Source of the DNA: a virus
Virus record (IMG/VR): IMGVR_UViG_3300045988_136392
Location: 1-40,547 of that record
Direction: 5' to 3' (one strand)
Length of the DNA: 40,547 bases
Shown here: positions 8,864-17,748 of the stretch, in pieces
How the letters are laid out: every line of letters starts with the position of its first letter
How positions within the stretch are numbered: the first letter of the stretch is position 1
Program-made: the position numbers and the translations under genes
Notes under the pieces: model-generated
What the model saw: only the letters and a program-made list of their open reading frames with translations
Database searches by the model: none
What the model was told of the DNA's origin: nothing

Positions 8864-9488
8864 AAGCTATGAAGCAAACGGGCAGTCGATTACCCTCACG
8901 GCGCAAGACGTGATCGACTACATCTGCCCACTTGCAACGCCAACGGAAGTGAAGATGTTCCTAGAGATTTGCGCTGCTTACGGCTTGAACCCGTACGTAA
9001 AGGACGCTCACCTGGTCAAATACAAGGCTAACTCGCCTGCAACGATGGTCGTGGGGAAAGATTTCTACACAAAGACTGCGGCGAGCAACCCGACATTTGA
9101 CGGAATGGAAGCGGGGATTTCCGTCATCGGAACCGATGGGTCGTTCCACAGGCGCGAAGGCTCGATGCTCATGCCGGGCGAGCAGCTTGTGGGTGGCTGG
9201 GCAAAAGTCCACATCAAAGGGAGAAGCGTTCCGAGCTTCGATGAAGTCGGTTTCAACGAGTACGCAGGGAAGAAGTACGATGGCTCGCTCAACCAGCAAT
9301 GGGAATCAAAGCCAGCAACGATGATCAGGAAATGCGCGGTTGTCCATGCCCTGCGCGAAGCCTTCCCCGCCAACTTCGCGGGACTTTACGACAGCGCGGA
9401 GATGGGGATCGAGCCAGAGGAGATTCCCGCTGCGACAGCACAGCAGACTGCTACAGAGCAAGAGCAAACTTACGAAGAGACTTTCTAA
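8847..9488 (+). CDS. recT: RecT-family single-strand annealing recombinase
   Basis: Conserved RecT segments ...ICAAYGLNPY..DAHLV... and ...TMIRKCAVVHALREAFP... Confidence 0.9.
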   Translation: MNQLSKSYEANGQSITLTAQDVIDYICPLATPTEVKMFLEICAAYGLNPYVKDAHLVKYKANSPATMVVGKDFYTKTAASNPTFDGMEAGISVIGTDGSFHRREGSMLMPGEQLVGGWAKVHIKGRSVPSFDEVGFNEYAGKKYDGSLNQQWESKPATMIRKCAVVHALREAFPANFAGLYDSAEMGIEPEEIPAATAQQTATEQEQTYEETF

Positions 9489-9503
9489 AAGGAGACAGAG
9501 CCA

Positions 9504-10133
9504 ATGGCAATCAACAAGGCAACCATCACGGGCAACATCACCCGCGATCCTGAGCTTCGACAGACGCAGGGCGGCACAAGCGTCCTCGCAATCGGCGTAG
9601 CGGTGAACGATCGCCGCAAGAACCAGCAGACGGGGGAATGGGAGGATTACCCAAACTTCATCGACTGCACGATCTTCGGGAACCGCGCAACGGGCGTTGC
9701 CCCTCACCTGGAGAAGGGCATGAAGGTAGCGATCGAAGGCAAGCTCAACCAGTCGCGCTGGCAGGCTGAGGACGGCACCAACCGCAGCAAGATCGAGATC
9801 ATCGTTGACGAGATCGAGTTCATGAGCCGCCAGCAGGGACAGACCGCGAGCAAGCCAGTACAGCAACAGCCGCAGCAGTTCGCCCCTCAGCCTATGCAGC
9901 AACAGGCGCAGCCGCAGCAGTTCGCCCCTCAGCCTATGCAGCAACAGGCGCAGCCGCAGCAGTTCGCCCCTCAAGCGGCACCGCAGCCTATGCAGCAACA
10001 GCCGCAGCAGTTCGCCCCTCAGCCTATGCAGCAGCCTATGCAGGCGGCACCAGTGCAGCAGGCTATGCCGATGATGCAGCAGCAGGCACCGCAGCAGGTG
10101 GCGAGCATCTATGACGAAGATATTCCGTTCTAA
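9504..10133 (+). CDS. ssb: single-stranded DNA-binding protein (SSB) with Q/P-rich repeat linker and acidic DEDIPF tail
   Basis: OB-fold N-terminus MAINKATITGNITRDPELR...W..., and a C-terminal DDIPF-type tip. Confidence 0.9.
   Translation: MAINKATITGNITRDPELRQTQGGTSVLAIGVAVNDRRKNQQTGEWEDYPNFIDCTIFGNRATGVAPHLEKGMKVAIEGKLNQSRWQAEDGTNRSKIEIIVDEIEFMSRQQGQTASKPVQQQPQQFAPQPMQQQAQPQQFAPQPMQQQAQPQQFAPQAAPQPMQQQPQQFAPQPMQQPMQAAPVQQAMPMMQQQAPQQVASIYDEDIPF
9862..10040 (+). repeat. 42-bp in-frame tandem repeats (about 3.5 copies) inside the SSB linker
   Basis: CAGCAGTTCGCCCCTCAGCCTATGCAGCAACAGGCGCAGCCG repeated, encoding QQFAPQPMQQQAQP. Confidence 0.85.
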
Positions 10134-10324
10134 GGGCGGGGATTGATCGTTTACGGGCGGGGTTGCGCTGGCTGCCAGACAATCCCGCAATCAATCCAAC
10201 CTTTGCAGGCTAAGGAGCTGCCAGGGACGATGCGACACGGCAATGTCATTGCCTACAGGGTATACGGATGCCGCTGCATCGAGTGCCAAGAGTGGCAGCG
10301 AAGGAACAGGAAGGAGGGCAAGAG

Positions 10325-10735
10325 ATGGAAGAGAACGTGATCGGGAACAGCTTCACCTGGTTCAAGCGGTTCAACGGGCAGATAGCCGAGATGACCGAGG
10401 AGGAGCAGTTCGCCTTCATTCCCGAAGTCGTTCTCTGGGCGGCGTTCGGCAGGGAGCCGAGCTTCATGGACGCTAAGGGGGATCAAACGGCTCGCTACCT
10501 AAAGCAGGCTTTCCTCGGGATGAAGAGCGACCTTGACAACTCGATCAGGTCGCAGAACCGCAACACTGGCGGCGCTCCCAAGAAGAAGAAGGCGAGCGGC
10601 AAGAAGAAGGGAACGGGGGACGATAACCCCCCTACAGAACCCCCCTCTGAAACCCCCCTCGATAACCCCACTGCGGAACCCCCTCAACAACGGGGGGAGA
10701 GAACCCCCATACAGAACCCCACTTCTATTCCCTAA
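10325..10735 (+). CDS. replication-module protein (putative initiator/replisome organiser) carrying iterons in its 3' end
   Basis: AAGGAGGG RBS then ATG 10325. Position directly upstream of the helicase-loader gene. C-terminus encoded by C-tract iterons. Confidence 0.4.
   Translation: MEENVIGNSFTWFKRFNGQIAEMTEEEQFAFIPEVVLWAAFGREPSFMDAKGDQTARYLKQAFLGMKSDLDNSIRSQNRNTGGAPKKKKASGKKKGTGDDNPPTEPPSETPLDNPTAEPPQQRGERTPIQNPTSIP
10625..10727. repeat. iteron array: AACCCC(C) motif at exact 13-bp periodicity (5 copies at 10625, 10638, 10651, 10664, 10677 plus 2 more at 10702, 10715), followed by an A-rich stretch; putative phage ori
   Basis: Directly counted motif starts. Adjacent AAACCAAACTAAACCAATCC A-rich tract. 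Confidence 0.55.
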
Positions 10736-10797
10736 ACCAAACTAAACCAATCCAAGAGAAGAAAAGGGAATCCAAGCCATCGTTTTCCCTTCAATGT

Positions 10798-11097
10798 TTG
10801 AAGGCTTTGAACGAGGAGCTTCGGGGCGTGGCACCAGTCGAGTTCACGCGCAACCCGAACGGCGAATACATCGCGAGCCTTGAGGGTAGATTCACGGTCG
10901 ATGACGTGCGCGAGATGGTGCGCTTCAAGCGCAAGGAATGGGAGGGAACCAAGTTCCAGCAGAACCTGAACCCAGGCACCCTGTTCTCGCCCGACAAGTT
11001 CGAAGGCTACGTAATCGCTTCGAAGATGAAGGAACCCGCGAAGAGCATCAGAGGAAGGAAGGTCATGGACGATGAGCTTGCAAGCTACGCTTCTTAG
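10798..11097 (+). CDS. hypothetical replication-module protein
   Basis: ORF between the iterons and the loader gene. TTG start as given by the ORF track. Confidence 0.4.
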   Translation: MKALNEELRGVAPVEFTRNPNGEYIASLEGRFTVDDVREMVRFKRKEWEGTKFQQNLNPGTLFSPDKFEGYVIASKMKEPAKSIRGRKVMDDELASYAS

Positions 11098-11755
11098 CAG
11101 CATCGAACGCTGCAAAGGCTTCTACACCCGCAACTCCGATGACGTTGAGCGTATCGAGCAGGACGAGCAGCGCATCAGGGCAGAGCAGCGCATCAGGGAG
11201 AGCGGAATACCGCGCGAGTTCGAGAGGGCAAACATCGCGAGCTGCCCACCTTCCGTTCTCGCGAACGCGCGGCAGGTTTACGCATGGTTCCTCGACAACC
11301 AGCGTCTAAGGCACCAGGGCAAGCGAACCCAGCCGTGGCACTCAAGCGACCTGCTGCTTGTCGGCAAGGTGGGTCGCGGCAAGACTTACGCAGCCTGTGC
11401 ATCGCTTGTTGCCTGCGCCCCAGTGTGCAGGATCAAGTTCGTCTCCTCGCAGCAGATAGCGGAGTGGGCGTGGAACCGCAACAAGGAGATGCTTAGCCGC
11501 TGCAAGGGCGTTGACTTCCTGGTGATCGATGACCTCGGGAACGAGGAGCCGAGGGGCATTCAAGCCGTGAAGGCGATCCTCGATGCCAGGCGATGCGAGC
11601 GACCCACGATCGTGACAACGCAGCTAACGCCAGACATCAGGAGCGAGCAGTTCGGCGATCTATACGGAGTTGAGACTGCCAAGGCTATGCAGTCAAGGCT
11701 CGCCCTGATGAAGAGCGTGAGCTTCACGGGCGCTGACCGAAGGAGCCGCCAATGA
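11072..11755 (+). CDS. DnaC/IstB-like AAA+ helicase loader
   Basis: Walker A (LLLVGKVGRGKTYAA) and Walker B (DFLVIDDLGNE). Confidence 0.8.
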   Translation: MSLQATLLSSIERCKGFYTRNSDDVERIEQDEQRIRAEQRIRESGIPREFERANIASCPPSVLANARQVYAWFLDNQRLRHQGKRTQPWHSSDLLLVGKVGRGKTYAACASLVACAPVCRIKFVSSQQIAEWAWNRNKEMLSRCKGVDFLVIDDLGNEEPRGIQAVKAILDARRCERPTIVTTQLTPDIRSEQFGDLYGVETAKAMQSRLALMKSVSFTGADRRSRQ

Positions 11756-12147
11756 GGTTCGAGATCGATTTCACGCCCACGAAGCGCCGTCCGAGGATCA
11801 AGCGCAACGGGCAATCCTACGACCCGAAGGAGAACCAGCGCGAGAAGAGGGCGATGGTGGCGGCATTCAAGGCTCAATGCGGCGCTGTGGCACCGCTAGA
11901 GGGCGCGGTTTCGGTGAAAGTGGACATCTACCGCCGAATGCCCAAGAACCGCCCCAAGAAGCTACTCAGAGAGTTCGACACGTACAAGCCAGACGCAGAC
12001 AACATCGCCAAGGCTGTGCTCGATGCGATGAACGGATTGGCATTCGTTGACGATTCGCAGGTCGTGAGCCTTACGGCAACGAAGCACGACCGAACGCACA
12101 GGGAGAGCGACATAGTGTCGGTAGAGATAGAGGAGGTCGCGAGATGA
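11752..12147 (+). CDS. rusA: RusA-family Holliday junction resolvase
   Basis: KPDADNIAKAVLDAMNGLAFVDDSQV, the conserved RusA catalytic region. Confidence 0.85.
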   Translation: MRFEIDFTPTKRRPRIKRNGQSYDPKENQREKRAMVAAFKAQCGAVAPLEGAVSVKVDIYRRMPKNRPKKLLREFDTYKPDADNIAKAVLDAMNGLAFVDDSQVVSLTATKHDRTHRESDIVSVEIEEVAR

Positions 12148-12353
12148 CACCAGCGGCGCAGGCAGAAGAGGAGGAGCGGGAGAGGATAGCGATGGCGAAG
12201 AAGCTACGTTGCATTGACTGCGATTCCGCCAGGGCGTGGTGCGTTGGCGGGACGAACATGCAGACAGGCTACTGCACGCTCAACGACATGCCGCTCTCGA
12301 GCAGCGAGCTGCAAAGCAGCCAATGGGACATGTGCGGGACTGATGCGCTGTGA
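12144..12353 (+). CDS. small Cys-rich protein
   Basis: CIDCD....C.....C motif. Translationally coupled. Confidence 0.35.
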   Translation: MTPAAQAEEEERERIAMAKKLRCIDCDSARAWCVGGTNMQTGYCTLNDMPLSSSELQSSQWDMCGTDAL

Positions 12354-12514
12354 TTACTGACAACGCGAACATCTTCCCACACGCTGTCCCGTTCGATTGG
12401 AACAGGAACCCAAGGCGCGTGAGGTGCCCCGTATGCGGTAGGGAGTTCGAACATATGAAGCCGAGCTACGGGTGGCACAACTGCCCTAACTGCGGAGCGG
12501 ATGTGGTCGAATGA
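12350..12514 (+). CDS. small zinc-ribbon protein (GTG start), not in supplied ORF track
   Basis: GTGA overlap with the upstream stop. CPVCG...CPNCG motif. About 54 aa. Confidence 0.3.
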   Translation: MITDNANIFPHAVPFDWNRNPRRVRCPVCGREFEHMKPSYGWHNCPNCGADVVE

Positions 12515-12726
12515 CGTTCTCCGAGTACATGCAGCTAAGGGAGAGGGCAGAAGCGGCTGGCATTGGCGATGACAAGTCTCTCGCTCGGTTGCTCCACTAC
12601 TTGAATCTTCAAGAGTTCGACACTCTCCGTTTTCAGGAGTACACGAGCGAGATGGAAGCACGGTGCAAAAACATCTCCAATGCGGTCGAATCTCTAATAA
12701 AAGAAGCGGAGAAGGTGATCGAATGA
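12511..12726 (+). CDS. hypothetical protein (71 aa)
   Basis: Coupled ORF. No recognisable domain. Candidate for an unknown regulator. Confidence 0.4.
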   Translation: MTFSEYMQLRERAEAAGIGDDKSLARLLHYLNLQEFDTLRFQEYTSEMEARCKNISNAVESLIKEAEKVIE

Positions 12727-12902
12727 GGGTCTACAAGTGTGACAGGTGCGGGGAGTACGTCTCGCGAACGGTTAGGGATTTCTTCGTGCACAATCCGACG
12801 AGGGGGATTTACAAGCTGAGCAAGAATATACACCTTTGCAACGACTGCGCGAATAGCTTCCGCGAATGGTTCAGCGAGTGCAAGAAGGAGCAGAGAGAAT
12901 GA
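12723..12902 (+). CDS. small zinc-ribbon protein
   Basis: ATG 12723 inside the longer ORF. CDRCG...CNDC motif. Confidence 0.4.
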   Translation: MRVYKCDRCGEYVSRTVRDFFVHNPTRGIYKLSKNIHLCNDCANSFREWFSECKKEQRE

Positions 12903-13198
12903 GCGAGATCGAGCTGAAGCCATGCCCGTTCTGCGGGAGCGAGGACGTAACCTGCGCCGCTGGGCTAGAAGATGAGTACTACGTGGAGTGCTGGGATTGC
13001 AGCGCAAAAGTCGAGTCGTACAACGGGCTGGAAGACGCAGTAGCAGGCTGGAACACGCGAGCCATAGACCGCGATGAGCTTTTGAAGATCGCTGACGAGC
13101 TTGAGAACGAATTCTTCGTGGTCTACGACAGCTACGAAGAGATAGATGATCATGCGGATTGCTTCGTTGAGCGGATCATGAAGGCGATCGGCGAATGA
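12899..13198 (+). CDS. Lar-family restriction alleviation protein-like
   Basis: KPCPFCGS..V........YV.C..C......AWNTRA pattern typical of the Lar family. Confidence 0.6.
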   Translation: MSEIELKPCPFCGSEDVTCAAGLEDEYYVECWDCSAKVESYNGLEDAVAGWNTRAIDRDELLKIADELENEFFVVYDSYEEIDDHADCFVERIMKAIGE

Positions 13199-13280
13199 TC
13201 GCGGACTGCGACACTGGCGGGACATAAGCGTTGCAGCGGGTTCTTTCACGTCACGCCTTTCTAACCGCTGTATCCTTTCG

Positions 13281-13324
13281 GCAACCCCCTGCCTTTTCGG
13301 TCGGCAGGGGGTTGTTCTTTTTTT
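13281..13324 (+). terminator. Rho-independent terminator
   Basis: CAACCCCCTGCC / GGCAGGGGGTTG stem followed by a T-run of about 9. Confidence 0.8.
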
Positions 13325-13376
13325 CTGCGCCCTGATACAAGCGCCGATCATCGGAAGCGGAGAGAAAGGAGCTGCA

Positions 13377-14561
13377 TTGAGACAGCAACCGGAGTTGACG
13401 GTCGAGGAGGTTCCGACCGATGAGCTTGTGCCTTACGCGAGAAACGCTAAGGTTCACACGAACGAGCAGATCGACCAGATCGTTAAGAGCATCGAGGAGT
13501 TCGGCTTCAACGACCCCATCGCCGTATGGCACAACGAAGATGGCGCAATGGAGATCATCGAGGGGCATGGGCGCGTTCTGGCGGCTAAGAAGCTCGGTCT
13601 TGACGTTCTGCCCGTTGTAACGCTCGATCACCTCACAAACGACCAGCGCAGAGCGTACACGCACGTTCACAACCAACTGACGATGAACACTGGCTGGGAC
13701 TTGGAAACGCTGAGCTTCGACCTTGACGAGCTTGATTTCGATTTCGAGGATTTCGGGTTTTCATTCGATGCAGATTTCAGGGGCAGCGAATGGGACGGCA
13801 CCGAGCTATCGACCGATGGAAGAGCATCGAATGAGGATTACGAAGCGTTTACAAGCAAGTTCGATCCTAAGCTGACCACAGATGATTGCTACACGCCCGA
13901 TTATGTGTATAAGGCTGTGAAGGAATGGGCGTGTGACGCTTACGGTATAGATCAGGACAAATGCGTTAGACCGTTTTACCCTGGCGGCGATTTCGAGAAT
14001 TTTGACTATCCCGAAGGCTGTACGGTTCTCGACAATCCTCCGTTCTCTATCATGGCGAGGATCATCGATTTCTATGAAGAACGAGGAATCAAGTATTTTC
14101 TTTTTGCACCTCAGCTTACGCTTTTCAGCGGGAACCGTCCGTGCAACTACATATGCGCAGGCATAACAATCGAATACGAGAACGGCGCAAAGGTTAATAC
14201 GGGATTTGTCACGAGCTACGGAGACTGGAAGGTTGACACGGCACCAGATTTGCATGAGCTGGTTGAGGATGCCCAGCGAAAGGCGAAGAACGAGCAAAAA
14301 GGCGAGCCGATGAACAGCTGGCAGCTTCCAGACAATGTGATAACGGCAGCGATGATGGCTAAGCTTGGAAAGCGCGGCATTTCCTTGCGCATTCCCGATG
14401 CTTCTTGCTCATTCGTTCGAAAACTTGATAACCAAAAGCCAGGCGCGGCTCTTTACGGGGGGGTTCCTGCTTTCAATGAGCGCGGCTGCGGACAAAGCGG
14501 CTGCGGACAAAGCGGCTGCGGACAAAGCGGCTGCGGAAGTTGTCGAGCTTTCCGATCGTGA
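13377..14561 (+). CDS. ParB-like nuclease domain protein with C-terminal methyltransferase-like (NPPF motif) region; C-terminus ambiguous because of a G7 tract
   Basis: N-terminal ParB/Srx-like LVPYARNAKVHTNEQIDQIVKSIEEFGFNDPIAVW...IEGHGRVLAAKKLG. Downstream CTVLDNPPFS resembles MTase motif IV. The alternative frame after 14457-14463 gives a more protein-like C-terminus ending at 14589. Confidence 0.65.
   Translation: MRQQPELTVEEVPTDELVPYARNAKVHTNEQIDQIVKSIEEFGFNDPIAVWHNEDGAMEIIEGHGRVLAAKKLGLDVLPVVTLDHLTNDQRRAYTHVHNQLTMNTGWDLETLSFDLDELDFDFEDFGFSFDADFRGSEWDGTELSTDGRASNEDYEAFTSKFDPKLTTDDCYTPDYVYKAVKEWACDAYGIDQDKCVRPFYPGGDFENFDYPEGCTVLDNPPFSIMARIIDFYEERGIKYFLFAPQLTLFSGNRPCNYICAGITIEYENGAKVNTGFVTSYGDWKVDTAPDLHELVEDAQRKAKNEQKGEPMNSWQLPDNVITAAMMAKLGKRGISLRIPDASCSFVRKLDNQKPGAALYGGVPAFNERGCGQSGCGQSGCGQSGCGSCRAFRS
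14482..14541 (+). repeat. 15-bp tandem repeat (GCGGCTGCGGACAAA x3 + partial)
   Basis: Directly visible. In-frame in both overlapping reading frames (CGQSG or AADKA repeats). Confidence 0.85.
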
Positions 14562-14615
14562 GCTAAAGATCGTAGATTCGCTTGCCTGATCTGAGCATGT
14601 GAGCATATCAACGCT

Positions 14616-14645
14616 CAAACCCCGCTTCGGCGGGGTTTTCTTTTG
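14616..14645 (+). terminator. Rho-independent terminator
   Basis: AAACCCCGC-TTCG-GCGGGGTTT stem-loop plus T-run. Confidence 0.8.
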
Positions 14646-14660
14646 CCCTGCGACACGCCA
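14646..14660 (+). promoter_or_regulatory. conserved late-operon element, copy 1 (CCCTGCGACACGCCA)
   Basis: CTGCGACACG core directly after a terminator, 15 bp upstream of the TerS start. Recurs at 19952-19966 and 36001-36015. Confidence 0.5.
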
Positions 14661-14674
14661 GCAGAATTAGCGGC

Positions 14675-15052
14675 ATGGCTAAAGAGAAATGCACAAAGGA
14701 CGTAATCAAGATCGCCGTGAAGCTCAAGAAGCACGGCGCTTTGGACAAGGACATCGCCCTTGCCTGCGGCGTATGCCCTCAGACGCTGAGCACGTGGATT
14801 CATCATCCGCAGACGGCTAACCAGCGCGAATTTTCCGAAGCCGTCAAAAAGGTCGAGGTCGATTTCAAGGACAAATTGACGCAGATAATCATGAGGGACG
14901 CTCAGGAAAGGGACTGGAAAGCGGCGGCGTGGCTGCTTGAAAGGAAGTATCCCAACGAGTACGGGCGAGTAACCAGGGTCATCGATGATTCGGGCGATTC
15001 CGAAGAGGTTCCGCGCATCGTGTTCAACCCGAAGAAGGGCGGCAAGGGATGA
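14675..15052 (+). CDS. terS: terminase small subunit
   Basis: HTH-containing about 125 aa protein immediately upstream of TerL. WKAAAWLLERKYP segment typical of Gram-positive phage TerS. Confidence 0.65.
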   Translation: MAKEKCTKDVIKIAVKLKKHGALDKDIALACGVCPQTLSTWIHHPQTANQREFSEAVKKVEVDFKDKLTQIIMRDAQERDWKAAAWLLERKYPNEYGRVTRVIDDSGDSEEVPRIVFNPKKGGKG

Positions 15053-16338
15053 GGAGCATCAACCTAGCCGACCTGACGATCAGCAAGTTTTACGGCGTTG
15101 TGGAGAGCGCATTGAACCACGACCACGGCGAGTTTTGGCTGATGGGAGGTCGTGCTTCGCTCAAATCGAGCGTCATCAGCCTTCTTATCGTCTGCCTGAT
15201 CGTTGCGTTCCCGTGGGCGAACGCCGTTGTCGTTCGGCGCTTCGGGAACACGCTTCGCGATTCCGTTTACGCGCAGATCATATGGGCGATCGACATCCTG
15301 GGTTTGTCGAGCTTCTTTCACGCGAGGGTTTCTCCGATGGAGATCGTTTACGTTCCCACCGGGCAGAAGATCGTTTTCCGAGGGATGGACGATCCCCTAA
15401 AGATGAAGGGCGTGAAGTTCGTTAAAGGCTACTGCGCCATCCAGTGGTTCGAGGAGCTTGACCAGTTCGAAGGCTGGGAAGCCGTGAGAAGCGCGTTGAA
15501 GTCTTTCAAGCGCGGCGGCTCGGTGTTCTGGACTTTCTATTCTTACAACCCGCCTAAGACGCTTTGGAGCTGGGTAAACCGCCAATGCCTTGAGATGCAG
15601 CGCAAGCCTGGTTGCCTGGTGCATCACAGCACGTACCTAGACGTTGTGGAGGGCGGTCACTCCGATTGGCTTGGAGAGCCTTTCATCGAGGATGCCGAGT
15701 GGTTGAAGCAGACCGACCTCGCAGCCTATGAATGGGAACTTCTGGGCAAGATCACGGGAACGGGCGGCTCGGTGTTTGACAACATCGTTGAGCGCAGGAT
15801 CAGCGATGAGGAAGTTGCAGGGTTCGAGCGCGTCAGGAATGGCGTTGACTGGGGATGGTTCCCCGATCCCTGGCGCTTCATTCGCGGCGAGTGGGTTCCG
15901 CGAGAGCGCAAGCTGATCCTGTTCGAGGAGCATTCGGCGAACAAGAAGCTTCCGAAGGAAACGGGCGAGATCGTAAGGCGATCGCTGACCTACCCCGATT
16001 ACCAGGGCGGCACCGCATACACGCACAAGGACGTTGTGTGGTGCGATGACACGGCAGACGGCAAGCAGCAGATGGCGGATTACCGCCGAACCTTCGGGAT
16101 CAACGCGAAGCCAGCGAGGAAGGGAAACATGCGGCGCATAAGCTACATGTGGCTCACAGGCTTGCGTTCCATCGAGATAGACCCGGTTAGATGCCCCTAT
16201 GCGTTCGAGGAGTTCAGGCTTAAGGAGTTCGAGCGCAACAAGGCGGGGGAGTGGATTGACGAGATTCCAGACGGCAACGACCACAGCATAGATGCCGTCC
16301 GTTACATGATGATGAGCGATGTTCTGAGGAGCGCATAA
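15049..16338 (+). CDS. terL: terminase large subunit
   Basis: N-terminal ATPase with Walker A-like LMGGRASLKS. C-terminal nuclease-like region with conserved acidic residues. Canonical position. Confidence 0.9.
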   Translation: MRSINLADLTISKFYGVVESALNHDHGEFWLMGGRASLKSSVISLLIVCLIVAFPWANAVVVRRFGNTLRDSVYAQIIWAIDILGLSSFFHARVSPMEIVYVPTGQKIVFRGMDDPLKMKGVKFVKGYCAIQWFEELDQFEGWEAVRSALKSFKRGGSVFWTFYSYNPPKTLWSWVNRQCLEMQRKPGCLVHHSTYLDVVEGGHSDWLGEPFIEDAEWLKQTDLAAYEWELLGKITGTGGSVFDNIVERRISDEEVAGFERVRNGVDWGWFPDPWRFIRGEWVPRERKLILFEEHSANKKLPKETGEIVRRSLTYPDYQGGTAYTHKDVVWCDDTADGKQQMADYRRTFGINAKPARKGNMRRISYMWLTGLRSIEIDPVRCPYAFEEFRLKEFERNKAGEWIDEIPDGNDHSIDAVRYMMMSDVLRSA

Positions 16339-17748
16339 GTGGCAAGCGAAGAAGTAGACTACACGGTTCCGTTGCATGTTCGGAAGTACCTTACGAGCCT
16401 AGGGTATGAGCTGTGCGATGGCGTTATGACCGACCTTATAGACCAATGGCGGGACTGCTACGCTTCCCGTGGCGAGTTTTACGACTACTGTGACAAGGAC
16501 AGCATGGGGCATACCCTCAAGGTTCACCGCCGATCCTGCAAGCCTGCGAAGAGGGTATGCAAGGAATGGGCGGCGCTGATGTTCAGCGACCCTATCACCG
16601 TCTCATGCGATGACGAAGTCTGCAACGCATGGCTTTCCGATTACCTTGAGCGCATCAACTTCTTCGGAAACGGAAAGCAGCTTGTGCAGGATGCCTTCGC
16701 CCTCGGCACTGGTGCTTGGGCGCTCTGGCTCGACCTCACGGCGCAGAAGATGCAGGTTCGCCGATACAAGGCGAAGCAGGTTCTGCCGCTTACGTGGGAC
16801 GATGACGGCGTTACGGAATGCGCGTTCACGAGCCGTGTTGCAATCGGCGGCAAGGTGCTCGATCAGGTGCAGTTGCACGTTTGCGAGCCTGACGGATACC
16901 ACATCAAGACGGTTCTCTTCGACCGAAAAACTGAGAAGCGCGTAGCCGTTGATGGCGTGGTCGATGACCTCTCCACCGGATGCGAAACGCCAACGTTCGC
17001 GCTTGTGAAGCCTGCGATCGCCAACACCTTCGTAGACATCACGCCTTACGGGCAGAGCGTTTTCGCCGATTCGATCGATGAGGTTCATGCGGTCGATCTT
17101 TGCTTCGATGCGATCTTCAACGAGGTCGATCTTGCTAAGCTCCGTATCTTCATCGATGACATGCTCATCGATGTGCAGGACAAGGACGGAAACCGCCAGG
17201 CTATCCCGTTCGGCAAGAACGACAACACGGTTTACCGCAAGGTCAGCGGCGTTGGCGATGGTCAGCCTATCGTCCCCTTTGCCCCGCAGATGCGAACCGA
17301 GCAGCAGGTCAGCGCGTACCGCCTGGCGATCCAGAAGCTCGGCGATGACTGCGGTTTCGGGAAGAAGTATTTCGACATCGATGCGGCAGGCGGCATGAAA
17401 ACCGCTCAGGAAGTCGTTTCCGACAACGCCGACCTGATGCGAAACATCAGAAGCCACGAGCGTTTAATGCAGGGAGCAATCGCCGACATCTGCCGCGCAT
17501 TGTGCCATTGCGCAACGAGGTTCCTCGGCGCTGGTCTGGGCGATCCTGGCACCATTACGGTCAACTGGGACGATTCTGTGATTGTCGATACGCAGGCTGA
17601 GAAGGCGCAGGATCAGAGCGAGCTTAACGTAACGCTGAATCCTTGGGAGTACCGCAGGAAATGGTACGGCGAGAGCGAGGAGGAAGCGAAGGCTAACGTT
17701 CCTGGCGCTATCGCAGAGGACGATTACGCGAGCTTCGGTGAGCAGTAA
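16339..17748 (+). CDS. portal protein
   Basis: 469-aa protein directly after TerL and before the MuF-like gene. Size and position typical of SPP1-type portals. Confidence 0.7.
   Translation: MASEEVDYTVPLHVRKYLTSLGYELCDGVMTDLIDQWRDCYASRGEFYDYCDKDSMGHTLKVHRRSCKPAKRVCKEWAALMFSDPITVSCDDEVCNAWLSDYLERINFFGNGKQLVQDAFALGTGAWALWLDLTAQKMQVRRYKAKQVLPLTWDDDGVTECAFTSRVAIGGKVLDQVQLHVCEPDGYHIKTVLFDRKTEKRVAVDGVVDDLSTGCETPTFALVKPAIANTFVDITPYGQSVFADSIDEVHAVDLCFDAIFNEVDLAKLRIFIDDMLIDVQDKDGNRQAIPFGKNDNTVYRKVSGVGDGQPIVPFAPQMRTEQQVSAYRLAIQKLGDDCGFGKKYFDIDAAGGMKTAQEVVSDNADLMRNIRSHERLMQGAIADICRALCHCATRFLGAGLGDPGTITVNWDDSVIVDTQAEKAQDQSELNVTLNPWEYRRKWYGESEEEAKANVPGAIAEDDYASFGEQ

Noticed and set aside
9862-10040. Possible CRISPR-like repeat array
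   Set aside because: The repeats are contiguous 42-bp in-frame coding units (QQFAPQPMQQQAQP) inside ssb with no unique spacers.
9306-10190. 294-aa minus-strand ORF with LLRLRLLLHRLRGELLRL repeats
   Set aside because: It is antisense to RecT/SSB. Its repeats simply mirror the 42-bp tandem repeats of the SSB linker.
15637-16377. 246-aa minus-strand ORF
   Set aside because: It is antisense to the terminase large subunit, which has an ATPase Walker A-like motif (LMGGRASLKS).
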